DNA of 63,184 nucleotides, the filler included. It is 5 parts of 5 records of this genome, joined end to end, with 100 filler letters (N's around TTAATTAATTAA, not from the genome) between each part and the next. Parts side by side here need not be neighbours in the genome. Positions count along the whole stretch, not along the records: positions 31,090 to 37,576 come from DRR723986_14239; positions 37,677 to 57,806 come from DRR723986_14241; 3 more parts are not named here. One strand, given 5' to 3'. A program made the translations under genes and the position numbers. Under the pieces are notes generated by a model that saw only the letters and a program-made list of their open reading frames with translations, was not told the DNA's origin and made no database searches. Shown here piece by piece: positions 34,513-44,701 of this stretch (its first letter is position 1; every line of letters begins with the position of its first letter).

Positions 34513-35490
34513 TTTTGCCTGTTGAATTTTCTCACGATACTTCTGCGCAAGAATGGCCCCGACAATCACCTGGATCTGGTTGTAGCACATAATCGGCAAC
34601 ACGATCATGCCAAACCCCGGATGGCCAGAGAAAAGCACTTTGGCCATCGGCAATCCAGATGCCAGGCTCTTCTTCGAACCACAGAAAACCACCGCGGCTT
34701 CATCCTCCAGACTGAACCTCAGCTTTCTCACCATCAATCGAGCGATCAGCATAAACAGCCCCAACAAGCCGAAGCAGATCAGAATCGCCAGGACGATGGC
34801 CTGTACCGGAAGGTTCTGCCACAACCCGCTAACCACGGAGTGAGAGAAGGCGGAGTATACGATGATCCAGATCACACACTGGTCATAGCGGGCCATCAGT
34901 GACTCATTGCGTGACAGGTAGCCGCCGAGCCAGGGGCGCAGGGCATGGCCAACCGCAAATGGCAGCAGTAGCTGAAGCACGATGTCTTTCAGTGCCTCGG
35001 CAACCGAGAACTCTCCGGCGCCCGAGGTGGATACCAGGAGCAGCAACAGAAACGGTGTCAGCATCATGCCGAACCCATTGGATGCGGCCGCACTGCAGAT
35101 GGCAGCCGGTACGTTGCCCCGGGCCATGGCGGTGTAGGCAATCGAAGAAGATACAGCGGATGGAAGTACGCCCAGATACAGAAAACCCAGCCCCAGGTCT
35201 TTGGGCATCCACTCGGGCGCAATAGTGTTCAGCTCATTGACCGGCAGTACGGCAAGGGGGAAAAACACGAAGGTGAGGGCGGTAATCAGGATGTGCAGCC
35301 GCCAATGGGTGGCGCCGTCGATGATCTGCTGTCTGGACAGGGCTGCGCCATGAAAGAAAAACAGTAAGGCCACTGCGATGGTGCCTGCGGTGCCGAGCGC
35401 TTCTGCCGCCTGTCCCGTCACCGGCAGGAACGAGGCGAGAACAATGGCGCCAAGTAACAGCAGGGTAAAGGTGTCTATCCGGAATTTCAC
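34468..35490 (-). CDS. Bile acid:sodium symporter family (SBF-like, YfeH-type) transporter
   Basis: LFFFHGAALSR, LPSAVSSSIAYT..ARGNV, FCGSKKSLASGLPMA. Confidence 0.9.
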   Translation of the reverse strand: MKFRIDTFTLLLLGAIVLASFLPVTGQAAEALGTAGTIAVALLFFFHGAALSRQQIIDGATHWRLHILITALTFVFFPLAVLPVNELNTIAPEWMPKDLGLGFLYLGVLPSAVSSSIAYTAMARGNVPAAICSAAASNGFGMMLTPFLLLLLVSTSGAGEFSVAEALKDIVLQLLLPFAVGHALRPWLGGYLSRNESLMARYDQCVIWIIVYSAFSHSVVSGLWQNLPVQAIVLAILICFGLLGLFMLIARLMVRKLRFSLEDEAAVVFCGSKKSLASGLPMAKVLFSGHPGFGMIVLPIMCYNQIQVIVGAILAQKYREKIQQAKSAPAHASENGCQNR

Positions 35491-35493
35491 AGC

Positions 35494-36168
35494 TTACTCC
35501 TTACCACTGAGGGCATTGAGGCTTGGTGTCAGAAGCACCCTCGACAGTGCCTCAGCTTTATCGGCATCTTTCCGGCGAATGGCTGCCAACAGCAGTTCGT
35601 GGGCTTCCTGGCTGGGTTCCGGGAGGTCTGAATCCATTTCGGTTCGCTCGATGGTCTGGCTGACCGCGTGAGAGAAATAGTCGTAGAGCTCAATCAGTGC
35701 AGAATTGTGAGATGCACGCACCAATGAGTGATGAAACCGCTCGTCGTGCCGTATACGTTCCGCAATGACCTCTCCGGCCGCCGCTCGCGCATCCAGGGCC
35801 TCGGTCATGGCTTTAAGGTCCGCTTCGTTGCGGCGCCTCGCTGCCAGGCATGCCGCTTCCGTCTCCAGCGTAATCCGGACCTCAATCTGTTCTGCCAATC
35901 GGCTCCGGGCAATTCTCCTAAGTGTTTCTCCGGCGTCCCTGTTTGCGCGCACGTAGGTCCCGTCTCCCTGTCGGGTTTCCAGCATGCCAACGTGCACCAG
36001 AACCCTTACGGCTTCGCGGATCGTGTTGCGACTGATACCTAAAGCCTCGGAGAGCTCTGCCTCGACGGGTAAGCGAGTACCTACCGGCCATTCCCCGCTC
36101 TCAATCGTTTTCCGGAGACTTTCAATGGCGGTTTCGACCAGCGAACCTTTGCGGATTGGTGTCAGCAT
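35494..36168 (-). CDS. FadR/GntR family regulator
   Basis: LPVEAELSEALGISRNTIREAV..L...G.LETRQGDGTYV; FCD domain. Confidence 0.93.
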   Translation of the reverse strand: MLTPIRKGSLVETAIESLRKTIESGEWPVGTRLPVEAELSEALGISRNTIREAVRVLVHVGMLETRQGDGTYVRANRDAGETLRRIARSRLAEQIEVRITLETEAACLAARRRNEADLKAMTEALDARAAAGEVIAERIRHDERFHHSLVRASHNSALIELYDYFSHAVSQTIERTEMDSDLPEPSQEAHELLLAAIRRKDADKAEALSRVLLTPSLNALSGKE

Positions 36169-36282
36169 AATGGATCATCCCTCTATATGGTGATCCAATC
36201 ATCCTATGTTTAGGTGCCTGATTCAACCCTGGCTTAGAAAACTCATGAGAGACCTCGGCGGGGCGGTTCCGTGCTGCTGGGC

Positions 36283-37576
36283 TTAGCCTTTCACCGGGTC
36301 AAGAAACTGGTAGTCCGCGGTATCCACTGACCGGGTCGCAAACCGGTAACTGAAGGTGAAGCCGGGCCAGTTCACGGTGTTTCGCCCATGCTCGTCCAGG
36401 TACCAGGAGCTGCAACCAGCGTCCCATACACTGCCTTCCAGCCCGCGCTGGACCACCTGGCAGTATCGGCTCTGGCGATCCTCCCGTACATCCATGGCCG
36501 CGCCGGGATAGCGGGAGAGGGCGTCCAGGGCACTTAACACGTACCGGTACTGAGATTCGAGCATGAACAGAATCGAATTGTGTGCCAGGTTGGTATTCGG
36601 GCCATAGAGCATGAAGAGATTGGGGAATCCACTGACTGAGATGCCTTTGAAAGCTTTGCTGCCGTTGGACCATGCGTCATTCAGCGTCAGACCCTCACGG
36701 CCGGCAATGTGGATGGGCGAGAGAAACTCGCTGGCCCGGAAGCCAGTACCGAAGATGATGATGTCGGCAGGCCGGTGCTCGCCTGTTTCAGACACAATCC
36801 CGGTCTCATCTATTCGGGCGATGCCGTCTGTGAGCAGGTTGACGTGGGGCTGATTGACCGCTCGGTACCAGTCGTTGGAGATCAGGATTCGCTTGCAGCC
36901 AATGCGGTAATCGGGGATCAAATGGTGGAGTTTATCCGGGTCTGTTACCCAGCGGCGGGCTTCTTTTCGGGCCTGATGGGCGAACAGATCCAGAATCCAC
37001 GAGAAACGGGTAAATGCCAGAGCCCGGGATTCGTTCTTCCAGTAAATGAGGCCCCGGTAGAGGCGGTCCCACAGTGGCAGCTTTTTAAACAGTGTTTGCT
37101 CAAACTGGTGAAACGGCCGGTCCGGCTTGGGCAATACCCAGGCGGCTGAGCGCTGGTAAAGGTCCAGTTGCCCGACCAGTGGCGTAATTTCCGGCACAAA
37201 CTGAATCGCGCTGGCGCCGGTTCCTATCACCGCAACGCGCTTGTTGTGAAGCTCGGTATGGTGCTGCCATTGGGCGGAATGAAAGCAGGTGCCCCGGAAG
37301 GTCTCGAGCCCCGGAATGTTCGGCATGGCTGGCCGGTTCAACTGGCCAGTGGCGGTGATTAACACGTCGGCGCTGAAAGTGTCGCCGGTTTCGGTCGAGA
37401 CGTGCCAATGGTTGCCGTGATCGTCAAATGTTGCGGATGTTACCGACTGATTGAACTGGATGTGAGGCTCCAGTTGGTATTTGTGAACACAGGATTCCAT
37501 GTATTCGAGGATTTCAGGCTGAGCTCCGAATTTCCGGCTCCAGTCGTGTTTGGGCTCGAACGAGTAGGAGTAGAGG
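36283..37576 (-). CDS. Flavin-containing (Baeyer-Villiger-type) monooxygenase, 5'-truncated
   Basis: LYSYSF, ATGQL, FRGTCFHSAQW (FxGxxxHxxxW), GTGASAIQ; frame stays open to the contig end. Confidence 0.92.
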
Positions 37577-37676
37577 NNNNNNNNNNNNNNNNNNNNNNNN
37601 NNNNNNNNNNNNNNNNNNNNTTAATTAATTAANNNNNNNNNNNNNNNNNNNNNNNNNNNNNNNNNNNNNNNNNNNN
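37577..37676. other. Artificial contig linker
   Basis: N44-TTAATTAATTAA-N44. Confidence 0.98.
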
Positions 37677-37796
37677 ACTCCACAGTGACGAACTCCACAG
37701 TGACGACTATCCGCTCGGCGGCCGTGATGGCGCCGATGCACTAACGCCCCCAACAACTCGGTCAGGTCGTCGGGAATAAATCTCTAGCTGCTAGCT

Positions 37797-40040
37797 CTAG
37801 TTGCCAGTTGTTGTTGGACGATAGGGGCGGAAGAAATCACGTGAGGCGGGATGCCACGTGTTATCAGGCCAGTGAGCAACGTCATGGGCCGACAAAATGC
37901 CTGTCGCCGCAACCGACTCGGGTGTAAAGAGATGCGTTAGCGCCGCCGTTACTAGCGCGCTCGATGTGTCTTGCTTAGCCACCAAGAACGCCGCAAGTGC
38001 GACGACGGTCACCGGCCCAGGGGTCAGCCCGCAGTCTGGATAATCAGCTTCGGTAATGACATTCTGATGAAACCTGGGCTCACGAAGCGAGAATTGCCAC
38101 GCATCCGCAAAACTAAACAGCTTGTACCCCGCCGCAAGAACATCTCGAACTTGGCCAGAGCCAGCTTTCGCAACAATCAGCACGACGTCGGGCAACGAAT
38201 CGGGCTCAAGCGTTTGGTCGAGCGGAGTTTCGTCGATCTGCACATCGCTGATCGAAAGCCCCGAGTACTCGAGAAGCAGCCTGGCCACACGGTGTGTTCC
38301 AGCCATCTTGCTGCCTACGCGAATGCTCTTGCCCCGCAGATCACCTAGGCTTGCCACGTCTACTGAATCCCTGACCAGCACATGGACCACTTCATAGTAT
38401 AGCGGAGCCACAATCGTGACGAAGGAAGAGTCAATAGCATCTCCCTGCATCAGAGCAAGGTCCGCCTCACCCCGGATCAGCTTCTCCCGGTTCTCGACAC
38501 TACCGGCAGATAAGACTACTTCAGCATCACACTTGTAGTTCTCGCTCAGGTGCTGGCTGAGCACGGTTGCAAGTTGGTGGTAGTTACCGGACTTGCTCCC
38601 CGCTGCAATCGTCACTCGTCGTGGAATACGATTACCCTGCCAAACACTCTTCGGGACCAGCAGCAGCCCCCAAGCGACGATTAACATGAGCAGGATCGAA
38701 ATCAATCCACGCTGTACCCAACGGTGTGCGTCGGTTGGTTCGACCACACGATTGTCGAGAACGGCTCCAAAGATAGGAACGCCAAGAAGCCAGTACCACG
38801 CTCGGCGGGTGGCCGACATGGGCCGAGCGTCGATCGGCGCCCCCACCAGGTACCGGTCCAAGTCGTCGGCCAAATCACCCGCAGAGGAATACCTGCGCTC
38901 GGGAGCCTTCTGCAGACAGACATCGATAATCGTATCAAGGTCGGCACCAATTTCAGGCCGAACACTGCTAGCCCGCGGGGCCTGCCGGTGAATCACCTGC
39001 ATGATCGTTTGCACAACCGACGACGCCTTGAACGGCGGACGACCGGTCACGGTTGCAAACAGGATTGCCCCCAGCGAGTAGATGTCAGTGGGTTGCTGCT
39101 GTTGCTCGGCTTGTCCGGCTGCCTGTTCCGGTGACATATAGCTTGGAGTGCCAAGAGTTGCACCGGTGGCGGTCAGGCCGGACTCGCAATCAACGCTCTT
39201 GGCCAAACCAAAGTCGGTGATTCGTATATTGTCGTTCTCATCGACCAGCAAGTTAGCTGGCTTCAGATCTCGGTGGACGATCCCCTGGTCGTGAGCATAC
39301 TGAATCGCGCGGGCCGCGTCGCGAACATAGCGGGCGGCCAACTTCGGCTCAAGCGGTTCGTCTTTGCTGAGCTTCGCAAGATCGCTTCCAGCGACGTAAT
39401 CCATCGAAAAGTAGTGGTGCCCGTTCTGCTCACCACACTGGTAGACGGTCACGATGTTGGGGTGGTCCAGCTTGGCCGCACTGCGGGCTTCGGTGTAAAA
39501 CCGCACGACCTCCTCATGGCTAGCCAGTGCACCGGAGCGAATCATTTTGACCGCGACGGGCCGTTCCAGTTTCGATTGCCGACCAAAATAGACAACTCCC
39601 ATGCCGCCGCGTCCAAGCACACGTTCAAGGACGTAGTCGCCGAAGCGGCAGGGCAAGATGGGCTGCGACAGCGAGATTGAGTTGGCTGGCAAGCCGTCGC
39701 GATTCTTGGTCGTCTCGTCAATAAAGCCTTCGCTCTGCGATTGGTCCGTAATCGTCGCGAAATTCTGTAGCGGCGGAAGCGTTTCCTCAGGGTCTATCGG
39801 AGGAAGCGTCCGCTCGACATCGCTAATGTCCGCAGACGACTCCTCGGCGGTAGGCCCCGCAAGCCCCTCCACCCAATCCGCGACCCCGAGCAACTCCTCA
39901 AGTTGTTCGCTCAGTTCCGGGTGTTGGGCGATGAATGCTTCACGATCCACCTCAACGCCGGAATCGCACTTATTCATGTAGTCGGCCAACGCCTGAGCTA
40001 CCAGCATTTCACGCTGTTCTTCGTCGCTCGGTTTGGACAC
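37797..40040 (-). CDS. Membrane Ser/Thr protein kinase fused to a C-terminal TAXI (TRAP) solute-binding domain
   Basis: GRGGMGVVY, VAVK, HRDLKPAN, DFGLAK, GTPSYMSPEQ; TM; IAAGSKSGNY, GSVEN, DLALMQGD, PLYYEVVHVLVR, DLRGK. Confidence 0.9.
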   Translation of the reverse strand: MSKPSDEEQREMLVAQALADYMNKCDSGVEVDREAFIAQHPELSEQLEELLGVADWVEGLAGPTAEESSADISDVERTLPPIDPEETLPPLQNFATITDQSQSEGFIDETTKNRDGLPANSISLSQPILPCRFGDYVLERVLGRGGMGVVYFGRQSKLERPVAVKMIRSGALASHEEVVRFYTEARSAAKLDHPNIVTVYQCGEQNGHHYFSMDYVAGSDLAKLSKDEPLEPKLAARYVRDAARAIQYAHDQGIVHRDLKPANLLVDENDNIRITDFGLAKSVDCESGLTATGATLGTPSYMSPEQAAGQAEQQQQPTDIYSLGAILFATVTGRPPFKASSVVQTIMQVIHRQAPRASSVRPEIGADLDTIIDVCLQKAPERRYSSAGDLADDLDRYLVGAPIDARPMSATRRAWYWLLGVPIFGAVLDNRVVEPTDAHRWVQRGLISILLMLIVAWGLLLVPKSVWQGNRIPRRVTIAAGSKSGNYHQLATVLSQHLSENYKCDAEVVLSAGSVENREKLIRGEADLALMQGDAIDSSFVTIVAPLYYEVVHVLVRDSVDVASLGDLRGKSIRVGSKMAGTHRVARLLLEYSGLSISDVQIDETPLDQTLEPDSLPDVVLIVAKAGSGQVRDVLAAGYKLFSFADAWQFSLREPRFHQNVITEADYPDCGLTPGPVTVVALAAFLVAKQDTSSALVTAALTHLFTPESVAATGILSAHDVAHWPDNTWHPASRDFFRPYRPTTTGN

Positions 40041-40658
40041 TTTGATAAGCCGAATTTGGAGTGCAGGAATGATTGCCGGAAGCTGTCCGGACAGTTCTTA
40101 ACGCCATGCTTGAGCCCTCGTCCGCTGGTTCAAAGCGCACGATCGACGTCAAACTGGTCACCATTATTCTATCATATTCGCCCAGGTCGACCGGATATTG
40201 AATTCCTGCCATCCTTTCTGCTTCCGAGCACATATTGTTTGTTGCAGCCATCGAATTGCCAGCAAGCAAATCACCAATGAATTCGCGCAGTTGGCAGGCC
40301 AGCACACCAACATTTGAAAGTGCTGAACGGGCGGCAGGATCAGCGGTCTTGGCCGATCCCGGTTGCCGCCTGGAACCGGTTGCCACCTCAAACACTGAAG
40401 ATTTGGAACAGAAGAGATTTCACCGAATTTACCGCTGGCAGCTTGGCTACGCACTGGCGGGTGGGCAAGGCTATGCGACAATAACTTCCCCGCCAACTAT
40501 CCTTCGTCAACGGGTAGGTCACGCCACAAGTGCACGCGTCGCTAAGCAGATTCTCCTAGAAAACGAGTTTTGCCGCACCGACCTTTGCGACACTTCCGGC
40601 TTCGGAATTCCACGTGAACCTGCCTGCCCCGCATCCCCCCCACCAAAGGACGTAAGGC

Positions 40659-41681
40659 ATGAGAGAGACTACACGCTATTTATGCTTAATCGTTTGGCTT
40701 TTTGTACCAAGTGTCTTATCGATAGCGCCCAGCGTTTTGGCTGAAGATACGAAAGTGCCACTGGGCCTAAAGCCTCTGAAGAAACTCAAAAGCAATCCGC
40801 AAACGCCCGAAAAAATTGAGCTCGGCAAGCAACTTTACTTCGACAAGCGGCTATCTGCTGATAAGACAATTTCGTGCGCGACTTGCCATGACCCAAACAA
40901 GGGATGGTCCAACGGCGAAGCGACTGCCGAGGGGTTCGAAGGACAGCGAGGAGGGCGGAGTTCGCCAACAATCCTGAATTCTGCCTACCACCGAATGCAG
41001 TTCTGGGACGGCCGCGCGGCAAGTCTGGAAGAGCAAGCATTGGGGCCGATCGCGAACCCCATTGAAATGAACCTACCCGTTGAGGAAGCTGTGAAGCGGC
41101 TGAAGAGCATCGACGGATACGTCAAACAATTTGAAAACGTGTTCGAGGATGGTGTTACAAAGGAAAACATCGCAAAGGCACTCGCGTCGTTCGAGCGTAC
41201 CATTCTGTCAGGAAATTCCCCCTACGACCGCTACAAAGCCGGCGACAAAACGGCCCTAAGTGAGCAAGCGGAAATGGGACGCAAGCTGTTTTTCGGCAAA
41301 GCGAATTGTTCTGCCTGCCATGTCGGTTCCCACTTCAGCGACAATGCCTTTCACAATATTGGCGTCGGCATGGACAAAGAAAAACCAGACGTTGGCCGAT
41401 TTGAGATCAGCAAATTGGGTGGCGACACAGGTGCCTTCAAGACGCCGCCACTGCGTGACATTGCCAAAACGGCCCCATACATGCACGATGGCAGTCTGGC
41501 CACGCTCGAAGAAGTCGTGGATTTCTACGACAAGGGTGGGATCGCCAACGAGTACCTTGATGAAGAATTATTTGAACTCAAGCTAAGCGATGAACAAAAG
41601 GCTGCACTGGTCGTATTCCTCAAAGAGGGACTATCCAGTGATGACTATCCAATGGTCCAGCCGCCAAAGCTGCCAGAATAG
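40659..41681 (+). CDS. Di-heme cytochrome c peroxidase (CcpA/MauG family)
   Basis: Signal peptide; SCATCH, QFWDGRA..LEEQA, CSACH, FKTPPLR, APYMHDG. Confidence 0.93.
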   Translation: MRETTRYLCLIVWLFVPSVLSIAPSVLAEDTKVPLGLKPLKKLKSNPQTPEKIELGKQLYFDKRLSADKTISCATCHDPNKGWSNGEATAEGFEGQRGGRSSPTILNSAYHRMQFWDGRAASLEEQALGPIANPIEMNLPVEEAVKRLKSIDGYVKQFENVFEDGVTKENIAKALASFERTILSGNSPYDRYKAGDKTALSEQAEMGRKLFFGKANCSACHVGSHFSDNAFHNIGVGMDKEKPDVGRFEISKLGGDTGAFKTPPLRDIAKTAPYMHDGSLATLEEVVDFYDKGGIANEYLDEELFELKLSDEQKAALVVFLKEGLSSDDYPMVQPPKLPE

Positions 41682-41780
41682 GCACGCAACAGATTGCCTT
41701 TTAACCTGAAACACCCCCTGCCACTGCTAAAGCGGCAGGGAAACTTCCAAATCAACCAACCGTTTGTTAGGAGAATTGAC

Positions 41781-42905
41781 GTGAAGATGAATCGATTCCT
41801 TTCCCTTATGGCCCTTTTGCTGGCCTTGTCCCCGATGACAATCGTGGCGCAAGAGAAAGCGAAAGACGATGCTCCGGCACAGGAAGCCGAAACACAAGAA
41901 TCGGAGGCAAAGGAAACGGAAACAGCCGTCGAATCTCAAGCTCCCGCCGCGGACGACGACATCATTGCCGAAGTCGTTGTCTCCGGCCTGAATAACCCAA
42001 GCGGAGTCGCCATCCAACCAGAAACCGGTGTCGTCTTCGTTGCCGATTCAGGCAATTACCAAATTGTCAAAGTGGATGGCGGGGAAGCGAAATCGGTCAT
42101 CACTGACTTCCCGAAGGATGTCTACGGCAAGGGACCTAAGGTCAACATCGGACCACTCGGCCTTCTCTTCCTCGACAAGAACACGCTCGTCGTAGGCGGT
42201 GGTGGCCAGCCCGATGGTGAAGAGCTGCTGCGAGTTTACAAGTTGCCCGAAGATGGCATGGCAATAAAAGCGGACGCAATGGATGCCTCCTTCGCATTGG
42301 CAGCCACCGACGAAATCAAGGGCGAAGGCAACTTTTACGCGCTGGCTAGCGATGGCAAGTACGTTTACGTCACCTGCAATGGCGATGACACCAAGGGCTG
42401 GGTTTCCCGAGCCGCGATTAAGGACGGCACATTGGTTGACTACGAACGTTACCTTGCCACCAAGGAAGCTACGGAAGTCGATGCACCTGTAGGAATCTCG
42501 TTCAGCCCCGACAAGCAAGGTGGCTATCTAGTAGTCGGCCAGATGGGTGAAATTAGCATTCCTGGCGACAGCCTCCTGACGTTCTACGACGCAGAGTCGA
42601 AGAAGATGTTGATGAACATCGAAACCGGCCTGCATGACATCTGCGCCGTAGGATACAGCAAACGCGATTACCTGTACGTACTGGACTACGCCTGGGCCGA
42701 CGCTAGCCAAGGCGGATTGTTCCAGATCGTTGCCGACACAGAAACTGATAACGGCATCCGTGCCGAGAAACTAGCCAGTCTCGACAAGCCAACGGCGATG
42801 GCATTCGGGCCGGACGGTTCACTGTACGTTACTGTTATTGGCGAAGCTGAAGATGCCAACAGCAAGGGCAGCTTGATCCGAGTTCCAGTTGAAGCTGAAC
42901 TATAG
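41781..42905 (+). CDS. Exported beta-propeller (NHL/ScyD-E-like) protein
   Basis: Signal peptide, AGGAG RBS; GLNNPSGVA, LDKPTAMAFGPDGSLYV repeats. Confidence 0.75.
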   Translation: MKMNRFLSLMALLLALSPMTIVAQEKAKDDAPAQEAETQESEAKETETAVESQAPAADDDIIAEVVVSGLNNPSGVAIQPETGVVFVADSGNYQIVKVDGGEAKSVITDFPKDVYGKGPKVNIGPLGLLFLDKNTLVVGGGGQPDGEELLRVYKLPEDGMAIKADAMDASFALAATDEIKGEGNFYALASDGKYVYVTCNGDDTKGWVSRAAIKDGTLVDYERYLATKEATEVDAPVGISFSPDKQGGYLVVGQMGEISIPGDSLLTFYDAESKKMLMNIETGLHDICAVGYSKRDYLYVLDYAWADASQGGLFQIVADTETDNGIRAEKLASLDKPTAMAFGPDGSLYVTVIGEAEDANSKGSLIRVPVEAEL

Positions 42906-42936
42906 ACTGCTTCGCGATCAGCGAAACGGAAAAACC

Positions 42937-42968
42937 AAAAGGGCTGGTCAAATTGACCAGCCCTTTTT
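42937..42968. terminator. Bidirectional intrinsic terminator
   Basis: AAAAGGGCTGGTCA-AAT-TGACCAGCCCTTTTT between convergent genes. Confidence 0.9.
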
Positions 42969-43048
42969 CGCTTGATGCGTCCGAAATAGCGCCCAGAATC
43001 AGCGTGAGCGCAGCTCGACGAGTGCTGTACTACAGCCTGCACACAGGA

Positions 43049-43531
43049 CTAGCGAGTCTTAATCTCGATCTTCTTTGGCATGACTTCGGGTTTCTTGGTC
43101 AGCGAGATATGCAGAACGCCCGAATCGAAGTGAGCTGAAATTGATTCCGGATCGACTCCGTCAGGCACACTGATATTGCGAGTAAAGCTACCGTAACTTC
43201 GCTCATTGTGCAGGTACTTGCGTCGAGGCGTATCGCCAGTGTTTTCTGAGCTTTCCGATTTGCCCCAGGGCTGCTCGCGAGAACCGGAAATACTCAGCGT
43301 CCCTTTGTCAAAAGTGACGTCGATTGCGGACTGGTCAAATCCAGGCAATTCCACTTCAACATGGAATTGCTCCCCCTCTTCCCAAACCGACAGCGACACG
43401 GCCAAACGACTGCTTGAACAACCGTTTTCGCCTTGGAAAAGACGATCAAAAAGATCATCCATTTCGCGGCCAGCAACTCCGAAAGCACCTGGAAGTAGCG
43501 ATCGCGCTTGACGTGACAGAGAACTCGACAT
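43049..43531 (-). CDS. Small heat-shock protein Hsp20
   Basis: VELPG, LSISGSR, ERSYGSFTR, AHFDSGVLHI, KKIEI. Confidence 0.93.
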   Translation of the reverse strand: MSSSLSRQARSLLPGAFGVAGREMDDLFDRLFQGENGCSSSRLAVSLSVWEEGEQFHVEVELPGFDQSAIDVTFDKGTLSISGSREQPWGKSESSENTGDTPRRKYLHNERSYGSFTRNISVPDGVDPESISAHFDSGVLHISLTKKPEVMPKKIEIKTR

Positions 43532-43629
43532 GGCTTACCTCCTTCAATTTGTTGGTAAAGGGAAGTGAGTAAAGGCAACTGCCTGTTGCATGTCAAAACC
43601 GGCAGTCGAAAGACTTCGATCGACAGTTA

Positions 43630-43645
43630 TGCAACCTGCGTGCCA
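43630..43645 (-). promoter_or_regulatory. Sigma54 promoter of hsp20
   Basis: Minus strand TGGCACGCAGGTTGCA, a perfect consensus match. Confidence 0.8.
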
Positions 43646-43769
43646 AACCGCGAAAGTCAGTAGATTGCATCGGTGCGCACCCCACGTTTTGTAGGGCCAG
43701 GTGGCGGGAGAGTGCGTTTTTTGCCGGTTTTTCAACCTCAGAGCGTCCAGATCGCCACCATCGCTGCAG

Positions 43770-44606
43770 CTAGGCCAACACCGAACCTAATTGGAATCGA
43801 CGAACACTTCCCCTGGGTGTATCCGCCTGCTTCATGTTCGCTCTTGGCAACGACGAAGCCAATGATAGAAAGTACCGCGGCCCCGGTTCGACAATCTGCA
43901 TCCGCCAAGCTGATGCGTCGGTAAAGTGATTGGTGCGACAAGTGCCATCATCATCCAGATGAATCTGTAGCTCTGCGCCAATTCGCTCTGGGCAAAAGAC
44001 ATCCTCGCAGGGAATGGGAAGTGGAAAACTAGTCTGCAGCAATCCTTCGGCAATCCCAAGCCCCATCCCTTTGAGCAAAGCTTCTTTGCATACCCACAAA
44101 CGCATCATCTGCTGATCACGCTCGCGTGCGGGTATCTTGTCCCAAGCCGCCTGTTCAGAGGAACTCAGTACTTGGGAAGCGATCGACCGATGGCGAAATC
44201 CGTCTCTCAAACACTCCAGGTCGACGCCGACTGGATATTTAGAAAAGGCCACTACGGCTTTGTCATCGCTATTGGAAACATTAAACTCAACCGGAAGAAC
44301 AGACGTAGCGATGATGCTCGGCTTTCCCCATCGACCATCTTGGAAAGTGATTTTCTCGGGACTTCGATTGTCGATAGCTCCCAAGAGCGTCCGCAGAACG
44401 CCACGACAGACGACAAACCTCTCACGAAGCTGCTCAGTCACAAAGCGGTCTGCCCGCGAAACCTCAAGCGGTGAAAGAACCCGCTCGAGTGCAGCAAAGT
44501 GCTCTCGTGAAGCAACGAGGTCAAACTCAACCAGTAGCGTGTCGAAATCCAGCACGTCTGATAAGCTAGCGGATACCTGTTGAGCGGTTTCGATGAGTCG
44601 TTCCAT
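43770..44606 (-). CDS. 4'-phosphopantetheinyl transferase (Sfp type)
   Basis: GKP, FNVSNS, VGVDLE, WVCKEALLKGMGLG. Confidence 0.9.
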   Translation of the reverse strand: MERLIETAQQVSASLSDVLDFDTLLVEFDLVASREHFAALERVLSPLEVSRADRFVTEQLRERFVVCRGVLRTLLGAIDNRSPEKITFQDGRWGKPSIIATSVLPVEFNVSNSDDKAVVAFSKYPVGVDLECLRDGFRHRSIASQVLSSSEQAAWDKIPARERDQQMMRLWVCKEALLKGMGLGIAEGLLQTSFPLPIPCEDVFCPERIGAELQIHLDDDGTCRTNHFTDASAWRMQIVEPGPRYFLSLASSLPRANMKQADTPRGSVRRFQLGSVLA

Positions 44607-44701
44607 GGCTGTCGAAAGTCAACGCGCGTGAGTGTCTATGAATGTGTAGAGAGGTCGCACGAGTATAACCAGGGTGACGTTTTTAGTTAGTTGAGCAATT
44701 G

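Noticed and set aside
36197-36211. FadR operator AATCATCCTATGTTT
   Set aside because: A single imperfect palindrome; plausible but unsupported.
37677-37705. 15-bp tandem repeat at the contig start, considered as a CRISPR remnant
   Set aside because: Only two adjacent copies, no spacers and no cas genes.
40009-40744. Short ORFs between the kinase and the peroxidase
   Set aside because: No motifs, mutually overlapping, and no ECF sigma signature; probably non-coding.
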